Assembly: GCF_964355755.1 (NCBI RefSeq)
Contig: NC_092670.1
Span: forward strand, 33,282,388 to 33,346,387
Length of the DNA: 64,000 nucleotides
Source: Antedon mediterranea
Lineage: Eukaryota; Animalia; Echinodermata
Reading direction: 5' to 3'
Each line of letters begins with the position of its first letter. Position 1 is the first letter of the stretch. Under the pieces are notes generated by a model. That model was not told the DNA's origin, ran no database searches, and saw nothing but the letters and a program-made list of their open reading frames with translations. Both the position numbers and the translations under genes were made by a program. Shown here in pieces: positions 37,368-52,300 of this stretch.

Positions 37368-40300
37368 TTATGGTACAAATGATCCCGTCTCCAATATCTC
37401 CTTTATTTCCAAACCAGTTTGTTGCTCTATGTCATTGCCACGCTCAAATTGTATTGATGTTATTACTCCATTGTCTTTCACTAAATCCAAAAGATGTCTG
37501 CCATCATCTCTGGATAGTTTATTCCCTTCAATATTAAGCTCCAACAAAGACTCGTTGTCGACAAGTCCTTGTAGAAGTGAAGCACTTGACTCTCCTCCCA
37601 TCTGACAATCACTGACACTCAGAGACTTAAGGCTTGCATCAGTCTGGAGAACATCTGCTAATTGCTTCCATCCATCAAGGGCAATGTCAGGATTGGCACT
37701 TACATTCAGGTTTGCAACACCAGAATTGGTCTTTAAGAACTTTGAGATTTCCTCCAATCCTGATGTGCCAATTTTACAATCGGTAAAATCAACCTCTGAC
37801 AGCTTTGACTTCTTTCCATCTTCTATTTGGTCTTTTTGGTGGTCAGCCAATGCTCTTATGATCGTTTTGACACCTCTGTCGCCAATAGGGTTTCCACGCA
37901 ATCTATGTAATAAAAACATTTTATATATATATATTCATATTTTAAACTTGAAAATCAAAAAAAGGATTATTGTATAGTGAAATAAGGTCACCCACATTCA
38001 ATTTAATAATGAAGTTCAACTTTGTATTGTGGGAGGCCAGGAGACAAACAAAGCAGTTCTCAGAGCATGGCACAAATTATAAGCATACTTGAAAATATAT
38101 GCGAAAATGAATAAAGAAGAATCTGGTGCATAGATTGTGAATGAAATCAGATAATTTACAGGAAAGACATGACTAATACAAGGCAAAGTAAATATCTTAC
38201 ATTAAGGATTCAATGTTCTTGCTCTCTGGCCTTTTAAGAGCCTTTGCAACCTTACGAGCACCACGTGGAGACAGGTCGCTCTTACTAAAATTCAGAGTCT
38301 AGAAAAAAAGAAAATTCACAATTTGAATTGATATAACAATAATCTAGGCATAAGATATTGTTGCTGAAGTAAGGTGTAAATGATGTCATGTCATGTTCCA
38401 ATTCCAGTTATTATCTTTCAAATTTAAATAACTTGTTACAATAACACACCTTCTCTTCCTTTTTCTCTGCATCAGAGTCAGATGATGAGCTGCTTATGCT
38501 GCTAGTAGAGCTTCCACTGCTTGAAGCAGAGCTAGGCCGTCTGTCACTGATCTTTTGCTTGGACTCTACTATTGTACTTTCTTCAATAACTGGTTCCTTA
38601 GTCTCAGTATCCGGCTCAGTCACATGAGGTGTTTCTGTTGACATCTGCTCTGAATGGCCATCCTTCTTAACATCAGTTTCAGATTCTCTTATGGCAGAGG
38701 GTCCTGCAGTCTCTGGTGGACTCTGTCTTCCTGTGTTACTTCTCAAACTACTGGCAGATCCCATTGATGTTGGTTCTTTCACATCTTCTGAAATGATATA
38801 AATATTAAGTATACAGTACATAAACTATGTACCAGTAATGAACAATTACTGAATAATAAAAGCGTGTAATTTGAGAAGTTAATAATTTTGGTAAAATGGT
38901 ATACATACCTTTATCGCTTTCTTTCTTTTCTTCTTTTGATTCATGAGGTGATTCTTCGTCCTGATGTTTTTCATCATTGTGTTCTTCCCCATTGTTTTCA
39001 TTTAGTATTCCAGCATTATCTTGCTTAGATTCTTCATTAGGTACACCATTAAGCTGTTCATGCATTACATTTTCTTTGTCTGAATTTGTTGTACTCATAG
39101 TCTTAACTTGTTGCTGTTGTCTTCCAATTCCAGCTTGTTCCGTCAAATCCTCTTCCTTTGTATCTCCACCATCACCATTGCTTGCAACATCTTTAATATT
39201 TTCGTTGTCACTATGATTGGCCTGGTCATGGTCATCCTTCACTTTGTGACTGCTTTCTGGTTCATTGTTAACAACAATACTTTCTTTATCCCTTTCCTCT
39301 TTACCTTCTTCCTTTATATGACTTTCTATGCTCCTTTCATTTTCTCTGTCCTCTGTATCAGAATGCATTTTATTTTTATGTTCTTTTACAGAGTTCTCAT
39401 CAGACTTAGAATCATCTTTGTCCCTTTCTTCTTCAGAGTCTGTAGCTACAACATCCTCTGAATTGTAATGTCCAAAAGATGTTTTACGACCTTCAACCTT
39501 TACGGAATGGACGCTACCAGAGGTTGCACTGACTGATTTTATACTTTCTGAAAATACATGGAACAAATAGCTATATAATTAATCAACTATGATGAACGCT
39601 TCCTTAGAGCAGAAGAAATAACTTCATATAACATTCATATTTGAAATAAATCTTAGAATTCTCAACAAGTAGAAAAACAAATAAATTTAGTTGTATATTT
39701 TATATACACACACTAACAATATATGTTGAAAATCAGTTTTTTAATCTATATGTAATTAATACTAACCAGGTTCTGATTCTTCAGCATAATCAAACTCCTC
39801 TTCCGCAAGTTGTTCATCATTCTTATTAGAGGTACTTTCAGAATTTACCACTACTGGCTTTTCTGCCATTGATTCTTGATCACTACTCACATCTCTCTGT
39901 ACATCGTCCATGTTCTCTTGATTTAAGTTTTCATTATTACTTGCTCCTTCATGACTAAAATTCTCTTTCTCAATTATGTATGATGAAGTACTTCTTTTAT
40001 CTTCATCTTTTTTCTCATCTTCATCAGAAATTGTACTTCTTCTTTCAGCTTCTTCATTATCTTTTTCTCCTTCATCTGCTGAGCTCTCTTTTGTGTTTTT
40101 TTCTTCTACATTTGGTTCATCATTTTCCGATTCATCAATTTTTCTTTTGAGTGTTTCCTCTTTTTCATTATCTCGCTGTTGTTTTATTTCACTGTCGGGT
40201 GCTTCCTCAATGCTTTCATTATCAGATGTCTCTTTAATACTTTCTCTATCAGATGCCTCTTTTACGCTTTCTCTATCAGATGTCTCATTTATACTTTCTC

Positions 40301-43300
40301 TATCAGACATTTCTTTCACGCTTTCTCTATCAGATGCCTCTTTTACACTTTCTCTATCAGATGTCTGTTTCATGCTTTCTCTATCAGACTTCTCCATAGT
40401 ACTGTCATTATCAGAAGTATGTTGTTTGTTATTAGAATCTTGTTCGTCTTCTGACGACTTTCTTCTACTCTCAGCATCTGAAGTGTTTGTAATTTCATCT
40501 TTCCTTGCATCAGTTTTATTATCTTCCTGCACTGTCTCTTTCTCACTCTTAATGTCAGAATTTTCTTTCTCATTCGAAGTCTCTTTAACTTCCTCTTCTT
40601 CAAAGAATTCATTCTCATAATCATCTGGAAAAAACAATTTCTAAATAACATTTGGTAATAGGTTATGTTTATTTTTAAGTTGTTAAGATGTGACAATGTG
40701 TAGGTTGAACAATAAAAATGGGTGATTTACAGAAAAAATATTGTTTTAGAAATTATTATTATCATTTTATTTGCAAACGTTCCTGTCAATAATAAGAGGG
40801 TAAAGGACAAATACAATCATTGTGGTGGTAACCATTAATACCTTCAGCAGCCTGTTCCTGTTCTATGATATCATCTTTTTCATCCTCCTTCAGATCATCT
40901 GCTTCTTTTTTCTCTTCATCTTCATCTTTTTCAAAATCATCATCATTGTCATAGGATGTTCCTGCATCAACTACAAGATATGAAACAGAAATAAAAGATA
41001 GATTAGAAAAATCAGTATTTAGAAATGTTATGAACATAATTTCAAACCATGTTGAGCATGTTTTTGAAAAACCATCAAGAAAAATGTCTTGTTTTCCATA
41101 AAAAGGAAATCAATAACAATTTAATATGATGGGAAATAAAACAGGTTACTACAGGGTAAAACAAATACATTTCTTCATGATCATACATAAATCATACAGA
41201 AAAGTTCAACACTGATGATGGGAAATAATTTCCTGAACATATGTACAGTACAACTAAAATCTGAAGTGGTATTTATTACATTACCATACCATATATATGC
41301 TTTATATTCACACACAATTTCACTGGGATGGAGTAATATAATTCTATTCAAATATGCTGTAAAGTATAGCATTCATTATTAACCTAAAATGTGTTTCAAA
41401 AAATGAACATACAAAATATATACATTTATATTCTATTTTTATGTGAAAAACCATAAAAACTGACAATAAAGAAATTATGAATTGTAAGGAAATAGTTCAT
41501 GACAATAAAAAAAGTATACAAAGAGAAATTGATTTTTATATTTTTCTATTCAATTTTATATCGCACTAAATCGCCTTAATATTCAAAAGCAACTTTGAAA
41601 AATTGTTTATTTAGTATCTATAGCAACATACAATTTCTACTCAAATTAAGTATCAGAATAATGTTATTTTAATTTGATACAATGAAACTGAATGTTATTG
41701 AAAATACAAATTATAGACAGAATGACTATGAAAATCTTAATTAAAACACAAAGATCAATCTACCAAAGAGGGTTCTTAAAACCATTCTCTGTTTACTAAT
41801 ATAAGCACATTCATAAATTTGTCTAAATGTATCATAAATAAAAAATAATAAAATTTTGTTTTAAAAATGTATTTTTTGCTGATTCTAATTCATACATTGT
41901 CAATGTCAGTGAACACACTACACAGTTTGAGCCCTCATAAGATACCTATATAAAATGATATATATTACAATTTATTAGACTTTATTACCAGAATAATAGC
42001 GTGGATGGTGGTAGACTCCAAAAGCCAGAAACCGATTAATTATGTCATTAATAAACAAAAATTAAAAAGAGTTGTATACAATTGTGTCGTTTCTTTGTGA
42101 ACCAGCCAATCAGCAATTAGTATTTTAATATCGGTGCAAGAAGCGTGGAATTATGAAATTGCCCTAAGGCAGCCAAGTTGCTATAGTTACTGCGAATAAT
42201 ATTAAAGCAATTATTTTATGTATTTGTCATCAAGAAGATAAAATTATGCACAAAAGAACATAATAATCTGCAACATCAATGATATCAAACTTTATTATTC
42301 TGACAGATAAATTAACTATCACCGAACAACAATAAATATTAATTGACACCCACAGCATGTGTCATTTATTCAGTAATTTGCCTATGGATTTATTATTGAA
42401 AATATATATATTTTTATATTCTAAATATGTCTAATTTCAACAGAACAATTTTGTTTTCTTCCTTCAATATAATATATTAAACAAATAAGTGTAAACAAAT
42501 TAAGAATTCTAATTAAAATGAGAGAAGGGAATTAAAGGAAGTGAGTAGATGCCTGGGAAGATACAAATCTTGTGTTGGGCCAGTGAGCAATATCCTACAG
42601 TAATAAATACTTTTTTAATACCTGATATTAACATGAGTTAATATATTTTAAATATTTTAGATCAGGAGAGAAAGATATATCTACAAAAAAAATACCGTTT
42701 GAAATATAACTACTGTTATTTTACATTCTTATAATATATCGCTTAATTAACCTGTTTATTTTGTATCAAAAACGTATGGAAACCTCCATAATGTTGCAGC
42801 AGCTAGTAATCAGCGCAGTTGTGTTTTGATCTTACCAGGTACTCATTTGTACACATGGGTGGAGAGAGAGAGAGAGACAAAACGTAGTTGTGTTTTATAA
42901 TCTCAAAACAAGTAATGCATCAAGCATTCAACTAAAACTCCCGATCTTGCAATTATAAGTCTAACATTGAATACAGTACGAGACACACTCTCACATACAT
43001 TACTGTTCTGCATCGTAAATTAATGTAACCTATAAATACTTCATACACAACAGTAAGGAAAATGTCTATTGTAATTATTGATTAATAATTTATAACCTAA
43101 TTATTGATTGTATTGTAATAATTTTTTACTATTAGTACGGAAAAGAGAAATTATAATATTTGCGGATTCAAGTATTTTGTAATCTCGTGTAAATGGTTGA
43201 GTTTAATTTTAGTCATTCCATTTTGTTATTTAACTGATAGTGTTCTATTAAAATGCTAGTGGTGGTTTCTGATGAAAATTTGAATAGAAGATTGAATATT

Positions 43301-46300
43301 AATTTTTTATAAAGATATATAATAATTTTATTAAACTGTTTTTATATGCACATGTATCTGTCAACCTTTTTCATAATTTACTGAGTTACATATTCAACTA
43401 CCTAAAAAAGTAACAGTAATGAATTATTTTAAAAAGTAATGCAAAATTCAACTCATTTACAATGTATGCACCAATAATATCAAATATACTATCACGTGAT
43501 CTACCAATCAAAAGCCTATAAGACAGTTACCATAGCAGCAGCCTGACAATATGGAAATTACCATTATCAAGATGAAATCAATAGTAATTTTGACTTATGA
43601 TGCTAACATGAAAGGTATGACATTGAATTCATAAATTATTACATTCAGTATAGTTCACGGCAATAGAATCATCAAACAGCAGTCATTCACTGTATGTAAT
43701 AGTTTGTAAGATGTGGATAAAAACAAACTATAGATTTCTAGCAGCATTTTTATGAAACATAAAATATGCTATAAAATGTCCTGCCATTATTAAAAAATAG
43801 CTGCTATTATTAAAAAATAGCTACCATTATTGAATGCAACAGACACCAGTAATACATAATATATACATACATTAATACAACCTGACACTGACAGTAATAT
43901 ATATTAAATATTTGTTAAATCATTTATTAAACATATAATAATCTGATATTTGTATGACATTTAAATATGTAGCATTTTTTCACATTAAACCAGGTTACAC
44001 ACTACTCCTAGGGGCTACTAATTTTATAAGTAGATTAGTAAAGGTTTCAAATATTACCAATTAAGGGTTCTGTTAGCAAAATATTCCATAGCATTACTGA
44101 AACTACTGAATTACTGGGTGAACATAAATAAAGAAATTTAGACAAAACTGACAAAGCATCAAAGAGAAAAGCTAATTTTGTATACAGTACAGGACAGAAT
44201 TATTGCAAAAATCCCAACGCATTCAACACGTTGTCGTTGCGTTGTGTTTGCGTTGCGTTGAACGGCTTTCAACGTTTAGTTGTTTATTCAACGAAAGTCA
44301 TTATCAGCATGTCAAGTAAAACAATTAGTTATTTCAACGCTAGCTGCTGCAGCACTAGACTGGCCGATTGCACGCCTGAACGATCAGTAACAACAACAGG
44401 CAAAATACCTATCGGCAGTCACTACCAGATATTTTAATATAAATAAAATATATATGAAGCTTAGATATATTTTTAAGTATTGAACGGACAGTTACCAAAT
44501 AAAACACACAGTGATATTTCCCAGTGTTTAGTGAAGGAAAACATCGAATAATAAGGTCGATGCCAAGTCTAACAGTTAACACTGTACTGTAGGCCTTCCG
44601 GGGGAAAACACGATCTCACGTCGTAAAATCAAACAACGTGGAAATTACTGACATCAACACACGAGGCCGCCACCCTGGTTTCCTCAAGAAAAACACCACG
44701 TGTGTTATGACGTATTTAACGATCGTTAATGACGACGAAGTAATTAATTTTATTTAGGCCTACATTTTTTAGCTGTTCGAGATTCAAGAGATAAAGTTAA
44801 AATATTGTTTCTCTATTTTGGTTTTTATTTTATAATTGTCCCATTGTTTGTTGTAATGTAATTTGAAAGAACTAAAAAATTTGACGTGTCCGACACCCAT
44901 GAACCAATTTAAATCTTTATAAATCGAACAACATTACATTTTTAAGTACAAAAAGCGTTTTGAATACGTTAACAATAGAGCGTGTTGAATGTGTTGAACC
45001 CGTTGACCGTTCATTGACGACGTTAAACAATTGAATCCCATAGCGTTCAACGCGTTGAAAACGTTGCGCGTTTTGAAAAGCATCACACTGTAAACTGATT
45101 AAAATGTTGGCTGTTCGCTCGCATATTCTCGCAACTCCCATGCCATTCATACCGTTTCAGGAGGAGGCCAATATAATTATATTAAGAAACAAAACAATAG
45201 TATGTTAAAGAGAAAACGCCTAAACCTCGCCTGTAATAATATATTGTCTTGCATCAGAATAAAGTGGTTCTTTATTCTGAATTGTTTGGTTATTCAAATA
45301 TTTGTGGGTTACACCTTGGCGTGAATAATATGGTATGGCACAGGTTTTGATTTTAAAGAAAACGCCTAACATTGCCTATTGTCATCAAATTGGTCATTCC
45401 TATTTCTTGGTTATTATATTTAACGCTTTTCTCTGCATGGGTTACGTTAGGCATCACAATAATTAATTTATAATATAATACATGATATAAATGATATATT
45501 TATGGATAATAATAAAACTAAACGATTTTTTCCCTTTTAATTACGCGTTATTTCATAATGAATGAACTCTTCACCTTTCGATCAGTTCGTCCCTCACGTC
45601 ACGAAAAGCATGCGTGAAAAAGACGACAACCATGCTGGATCAACCATGCTGGATCGTTATGTTGGTGGTGTATTGTTGCCTTCCATGGCGGCGGGTGTAG
45701 GCTACGTTGTTTTTATAAATCGAGAAAAATGTAGTACAGTACTGCGAAGTTTTTAGTTTGGAAATAATTAATTACGATGTGACCTAGCCTCCAAGATTCA
45801 CCGCCGCCTTAACTTTGGTATTTAATACTCCAGTTAATATAGGCACACAGTAATTAAGGACATGACCACTACTTTTAACTGCGATGGCAGACGCGGCTCA
45901 TATACACACGGGGCCTACTCGTTAGTAGTAGGCCTAGCCTAGTGTAATATATTAAGCTAGGTTTCCGCGGAAAAATACACATTATGTTTGTTTTCTTAAA
46001 TATTTGTAATACTGTATTTTATACTATTACTACTACTACTACTAATACACACTGGCAATCTGTAAATACCATACGAATCCGATTGTTCGTTATTTCAACG
46101 CAAACTCAACGCAACACATTGTGTTGGTTGAATAAACAGTTCAACGAACTCAACACTTTCAACGCCAACGGACAACGCAGTTTCAACGCGTTGTCAACAC
46201 TTTAACAATGCGTTGAATGCGTTCAAAATCTGCAATAATTCTGTCCGGTACTGTAATTAATCATTACAATCTTCCCAATCATTATCATTATCATAATCAC

Positions 46301-49300
46301 TATCATAATTTGTCTCACCTGCACCCTCTTCTGTCTTTTCCTCATCTTCAATGTCAGCTTGCGTTGATTTTGCATCAGTCACCAATTCAGACTCAGGCTC
46401 TTCTGGAGGGAGTTCGGTCTGCGTTCCTTTGTACCTGTCTCTCTCGCGTTTTGCCAGCTCAGCCTCAACGAGACATCTAGCAAAAAGGTTATAAATCAAA
46501 TATTATTTCTTTTTGTAAACTGATGTTCTATAAGGAAGGATATTTTTTCCTACTTCTTAGTGAACACTGTAATATCATGAAATTCCTTTTTTTCTGAGGG
46601 ATATAGAATGGAAACTTGGCAATTTCTCATAAACAAAACTATGTGTTCATAGTAAATTTTGAAATTAGTTTAGACCTTTAGCACCATGATAATACTACAG
46701 TAGGTATGTATACTACTACTAAGCTATACTGTACACAAACACACACAATTTGAGTTTACAGTTTTTGTTTACATTTTTTTTTATCTAACGGAAAAATGAT
46801 TCAAAATGTTTTTATCTATAAATGCTTACTTGTAACATGGTGAAGCGCCCTCTACACTGACGTATCTGAAATGACCTCTCCTTCCACCAAGGATGACACC
46901 TGGTTTGTATTTGTACTCGCAACAGGCACTGATTGTCAGAACTTGAACTCGATTTACATAGAACGTCATGCCAAACGGGTAGCCTCTGTGGCGTCTTGAT
47001 GTAAACACACAATCAGCTAACAAAAAAAGAATTTTACAATTATAATTGTTACCTACTTAAAATTGGTTTTACTTTTGCTTTGTAAATACAAACAACTAAT
47101 AATAAATAAATGTTTTTTTAATTGCATGGGATAGCCATGCATTAATTTTGATTAATAGTTAAAAGGGCACAAGTTTGTAGTTGTTAGCACCCAGTGGAAA
47201 GAGCAGAAACAAAAATGCACAACCAAAATTATTTTCAATTTTCAAAGCATATGAATCAAGCTAAAATAAATAATTTTATAAACATCCCATAATAACAACT
47301 AGCTAATTAAAAACTTACTTCCTGGTTCAACCCATCCTTGAAACACGGTAAGATTCTCGCCTCCACAGTGTTGTTGACATATCATGACCTCATCACGGTT
47401 ATCTTCCTTCTCATACGATACCTTAAAGCTCTGCCCTCTATAGCGTACTGTCACGTCACACATAGTCTGTGGTTGAGTGGCATGAGAGTAAGCTGGCTCT
47501 TTACGATGCAATGAGGATCCTCCTCCCTGTAGAGAAACATTACAAGACTGCCATATCTCTCAAATAAATTATTATTTAATTAACTATTAGGACTACAGGT
47601 AATGCTAGTTAAGCACAGGCAATCAGGCAATCACCTTCTCTGTTCTCAAATAAAAAATAAACGATAATGGTTTTAATCAATTTGTTTTAAATTACATTAG
47701 TGTAGAACCCCTATTACTCTGGTACCAAAGTAATAGTAAGGTGTTCCTTGAATAGGGGTTGACTGTAGTGTAAAAATATATATTTTCCCTTGTTTCATTA
47801 GAAAATGTCCGCTTAATAGAGGTGTCCCAAATTATGTTGCTGTACTGTATAGACATTTTTGAAATGCATTACATAGTCAATATTAAAAATGTAATAGACT
47901 TACGCGTGTTGACTGAGCCTTTATGCGTTTTCCATCTTTACTGTAAATAGGTCTTCGTCCATTACGGCCAGATGCTGATCGACCACCTCTGGCACTCTTT
48001 GGTGGCTGAGGTGAAAGGGCATAGTCCAATTTGTATGGTGATTTGCCGCCTGTGTCTGGTTCCTCTGTCATGTGCAATGAAGCACTGTTCAAAGCATGTG
48101 AATCAAGCTAAAACATATTTTTAAAATAATTTAATTTGAACATCCCACAATAATGTGAATAAATTTTAAAAAATACATAAAGCTCTATCTACACTATTAA
48201 ACTTTATGTGCCCATATATGGACGCGATGATATCATATCAATACCATATTTGGGCACAGCACACTTTTTTTGTCAAACTTGTTTAGGAAAACTACTTTTG
48301 CTTTAAAATATCAAAGATTTTCACATCCTTGTTTATTGTATACTATTATTCTACCAAAGAAAAACTACAAAATAAATTAGAAAAACGTAGAATAGAAATA
48401 AATTCCATGTTTTGTTGTACAGTAGTATTGTACTACAATAATTAATACATTTTTTAAATAACTAAATTCCTATCTTTGAATAGTCAACATTATAAAAGAG
48501 TATGTTGTAAAAGTAATGTAATTCCATTCAATTATTGTCAAGGGATGTAAAGTAACTTTTATCTTTTCGTATCACGGCTCTCCTTCGGACAGAAGAGCAA
48601 GGCTATTGGTTTATCCAAATAGGCTAGGCAAAAAATTAACTAAAATAATAATCAATTGATGAATGAATTAACTATTTGTTAAAATGTATCATATGTCAAT
48701 TAATCATATAATTATGTATCCTTATTAAGTATTAATTGATAAATGAAAGATTTTAATACATACACCCTTTAAACATGATGAATCCAAGTCCTGGCTATCA
48801 CTGTCGGTATCATGTTTTACACGGTGCACTGGAAATCCGTCTTTGTCGACATACACAGATGACTAGAAAGAAATACAAATCAATAACAGAGCTTCTTAAT
48901 TTAAGCCAAATAAGGAAATTTAGAACAATTTAGAAAGTCAACTTATCATAAAAAGTATTGTATGTATTAAGTACTAAATAAAAAATAATTGCAAGTTTAA
49001 AAATGTGAATTAGATAATACAATATAGTTTTAATACAAACTCTGTTATGATGAAAACATTTATAAAATTGCTGCTTATTTTTCAATTAAATCAGATTTGC
49101 TTCATTAGAGCAGAATAGTAATCATAAAAAAGGCTGTGGAGTGGCTTGGTGGTTATGATGCTTGACTACCACTGCAAAGGTCCTGGGTTGAAGTCCCGTC
49201 ACATGTCAGGATTTTTCTAAGGACAAAATTACAACTCCACTCCCAAAGTGTTGTTTATGTAGAGCATCTTGTGTACATGTTTGTCTTGTAAACCTCTGAG

Positions 49301-52300
49301 GGTCCCTAATGATCAGTAATTGCTGGATGGATCACCCTCATTAAATATGGTAAATGTCAGGATTTTTCTAAGGACAAAATTACAACTCCACTTCCAAAGT
49401 GTTGTTTATGTAGAGCATCCTTGTGTACATGTTTGTCTTGTGAACCTCTGAGGGTCCCTAATGATCAGCAATTGCTGGATGAATCATTAAATATGGTAAA
49501 AAAAACACAAAAAATAAATTAACAGCTGGTTGCATTCAATCATAAATCAGTCATTTGAATTTGAATATTGAATATGAATTCAGCATACTGCAGTTTCATT
49601 TCAGTAAAATAAAATATAAATTTATAAATCAGTACTTTTTGGGTAGACTCATTAGTCTCTAATGAGAAAGCCACCACTGGACTGAAACTTAACTTAGCTG
49701 AATTCTTGTTAGAATTTTTATATTTCTAATTTGCTCATATAAATAAATGAATAGTGTAATGTTTTATGTTATAACTTATACCATCTACTATTCCTATCTC
49801 AAAATGCTGGATCCACCATGTCAGACAACCCATAACATCAAATACAATTTTGTTTCCTTCTATTGACTATTATATTATGTATTGTGTTATGTGATGATAA
49901 TTAAATTTCTTATCGATTTTTAAATAAACTATAAAAATATAATCAATTGTTAGCACAAACTACAATACCTGGGCTGTCGTAAAAGTTTCCTTAAGACACT
50001 ATTATGGTACTAATACAATTGTTACAAAGATAAAATGCACATTCTTTGTCATTGATCATCATATTATTATTACCCACAAACAAAGAGCATTATTTTTTCT
50101 TAACAGCAGTAGTTAGTAGTTCCTCAGGGTACTGTCAACGCACCTAAATTATATTCCTTGTATACGGCCGATTACAGATCTTTAAATGATGACCTTTGTC
50201 CCGTTGGTAAATTCGCTGATGACACTTGTACTATTGGTCTCATAGTTTCAAACAATGATGAACATTATCGTAGCGAAATACAAAGATTTGTTAAATTTTG
50301 TGACGATAATTATCTCCAAATAAATGCATCTAAAACAAAGGAGATGATCATTGATTTTAGGACTAAACATAAATTTAATTTTCAACCAATCACTATCAAA
50401 GGTAAAGAAATTGAAATTGTTGACCAGTACAAGTATCTAGGTATTGTTTTCAATGATAAACTGAATTGGGGAGACCATATAGACTTCATCAGCAAAAAAT
50501 TAAATCCCAGAATGTATTGTATGAGAACTTTATATAAATTTAACTCCTGTGATTTGATGTTACTTTTGTTCTATAGTTCCGTTATATGTAGTGTTTGGGA
50601 CGTACTGCCTCTCCTGTTGGGCTGGTAATGTTACCGGAGGGAATAAAGGACGCCTTGAAACTTTCATCCGTCGGGCTGGTAAAATGATTGGTCTGGAACT
50701 GCCTTCCATTACCGATGTGCACCTAGAACACCTCCAGAAAGATTTTGAACGCATTGAGTCGGATGCCTCTCATCCTCTCCACAAAGTGATCATAGACCAA
50801 CTTAATCCAAGTGGTAGATTGAGGCTCATATATATATATGCCAAATCCTTTATTCCCTCCGGTATCATCAAGTACAACAGAAAGTCAAGAAGATAATTTT
50901 ATCTTGTATTTTTTGATGTTTTTATATGAATGGTTTTATGCTATATTTGTTTTTATTGTGTTTTCTTGTTATTATGATGAGCAATGAATTTCCTTTTTGA
51001 GGATCAATAAAAGTTATCTTATCTTATCTTATCTTATTAGATCATAGCATAATGAATACTAGGCCTACTATGCAGAATAACAAAGCACTCAAAACACTAA
51101 ATTTTAGAATTAACCATTTTAATATCCCTGGTTTAAATTAAAATGGAAATACATTTGAATTTTAAGAGAACAAGAAAATTCATGATAAGAGGAGAAAATT
51201 AATAAAAGGATTAAATTCTAAAAATAGAAGAAAATATAGTCGTAGAATGTAACATACAGTAATACAGTAATGTGAAACTAGACTATATAATTTAACATGT
51301 CTTTTTTTTACCTTTTTCTTGCTAGACTTTGGTCGTTTTGATGGTGCTGTGTATGGTCGTCTGCTACCAGGGGGATGGCTGGGAGTCGGTTCAACGGCCG
51401 ATTTAGGTCGCCTGGAGCGAGGGGACAAGTATGGCACAATGTCTTCATCTCCTTGATGAGCCTTTTCAAGCTGAAAATGAAATTGCAAATTTAATTAATC
51501 AACTCATTTTTTTTTAACGGAAATATGCAGCTGTAAAAATGAATGCAAAACACATTATTATTAATATTAAGGAGAGGAAAGAAGTAAAACCAATAATTTG
51601 CACTGTCAAACTGTCATAATGTTTTTCACTAATACAGTATGTTTACCAACAATGTTGAAAAGAGCTTCATTTTATTCCTACTGTAGCTCATTAACAGATG
51701 AAACATCAAATCAAAAACATACATTATACTACTGGAAACACAAAATTACTCTACAAAATACATTTTTCTTTACTCTTTAACTTTATACAATTATTTAGCA
51801 AGCTTTTTAAGGATAATTATAATACACATTGTTTATTGCAGAAACTCATAAACTTTTAGATTAAAACAAACTAAATCATGTTATTGTAGTAAAAAATTGT
51901 AGTTACTGCAGTAACTGCAGTAGAGTAATTGTCTACTGGTTTATGGTTTCATGTAACACTTACCCTGACTCTTCGAACCAACTCAATCTTTGCAATCTCC
52001 TCCAGTTTCTTTTTAATGTCACTCTGGCGATAGCGCTCTATATCAAGAGCCTTGTGCACGATGGCCTGCGCAAGTAGATCTCGAACATGTTTCTGATGCT
52101 CCTTACGGGCCATATTAAGCCTGTACGTTGTTTCTGTTACGAGGTCTCCACTTTTGGAGATCAGGCCGGCCCTGCGAAGGTGTCTCCGCATTCGGGTATT
52201 GTTGAAATAGCCAGCTAAGTGCTTGTCCTGCAAGCTGTTGTAGCTTGACAGCGGTCTGAAACAGAGTAGAATATACTCTAAGTATAATTAAATTAACAAG

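Noticed and set aside
39976-40620. 214-aa Ser/Leu/Phe-rich plus-strand ORF
   Set aside because: Antisense shadow of the Glu/Lys/Asp-rich ERICH3 exon.
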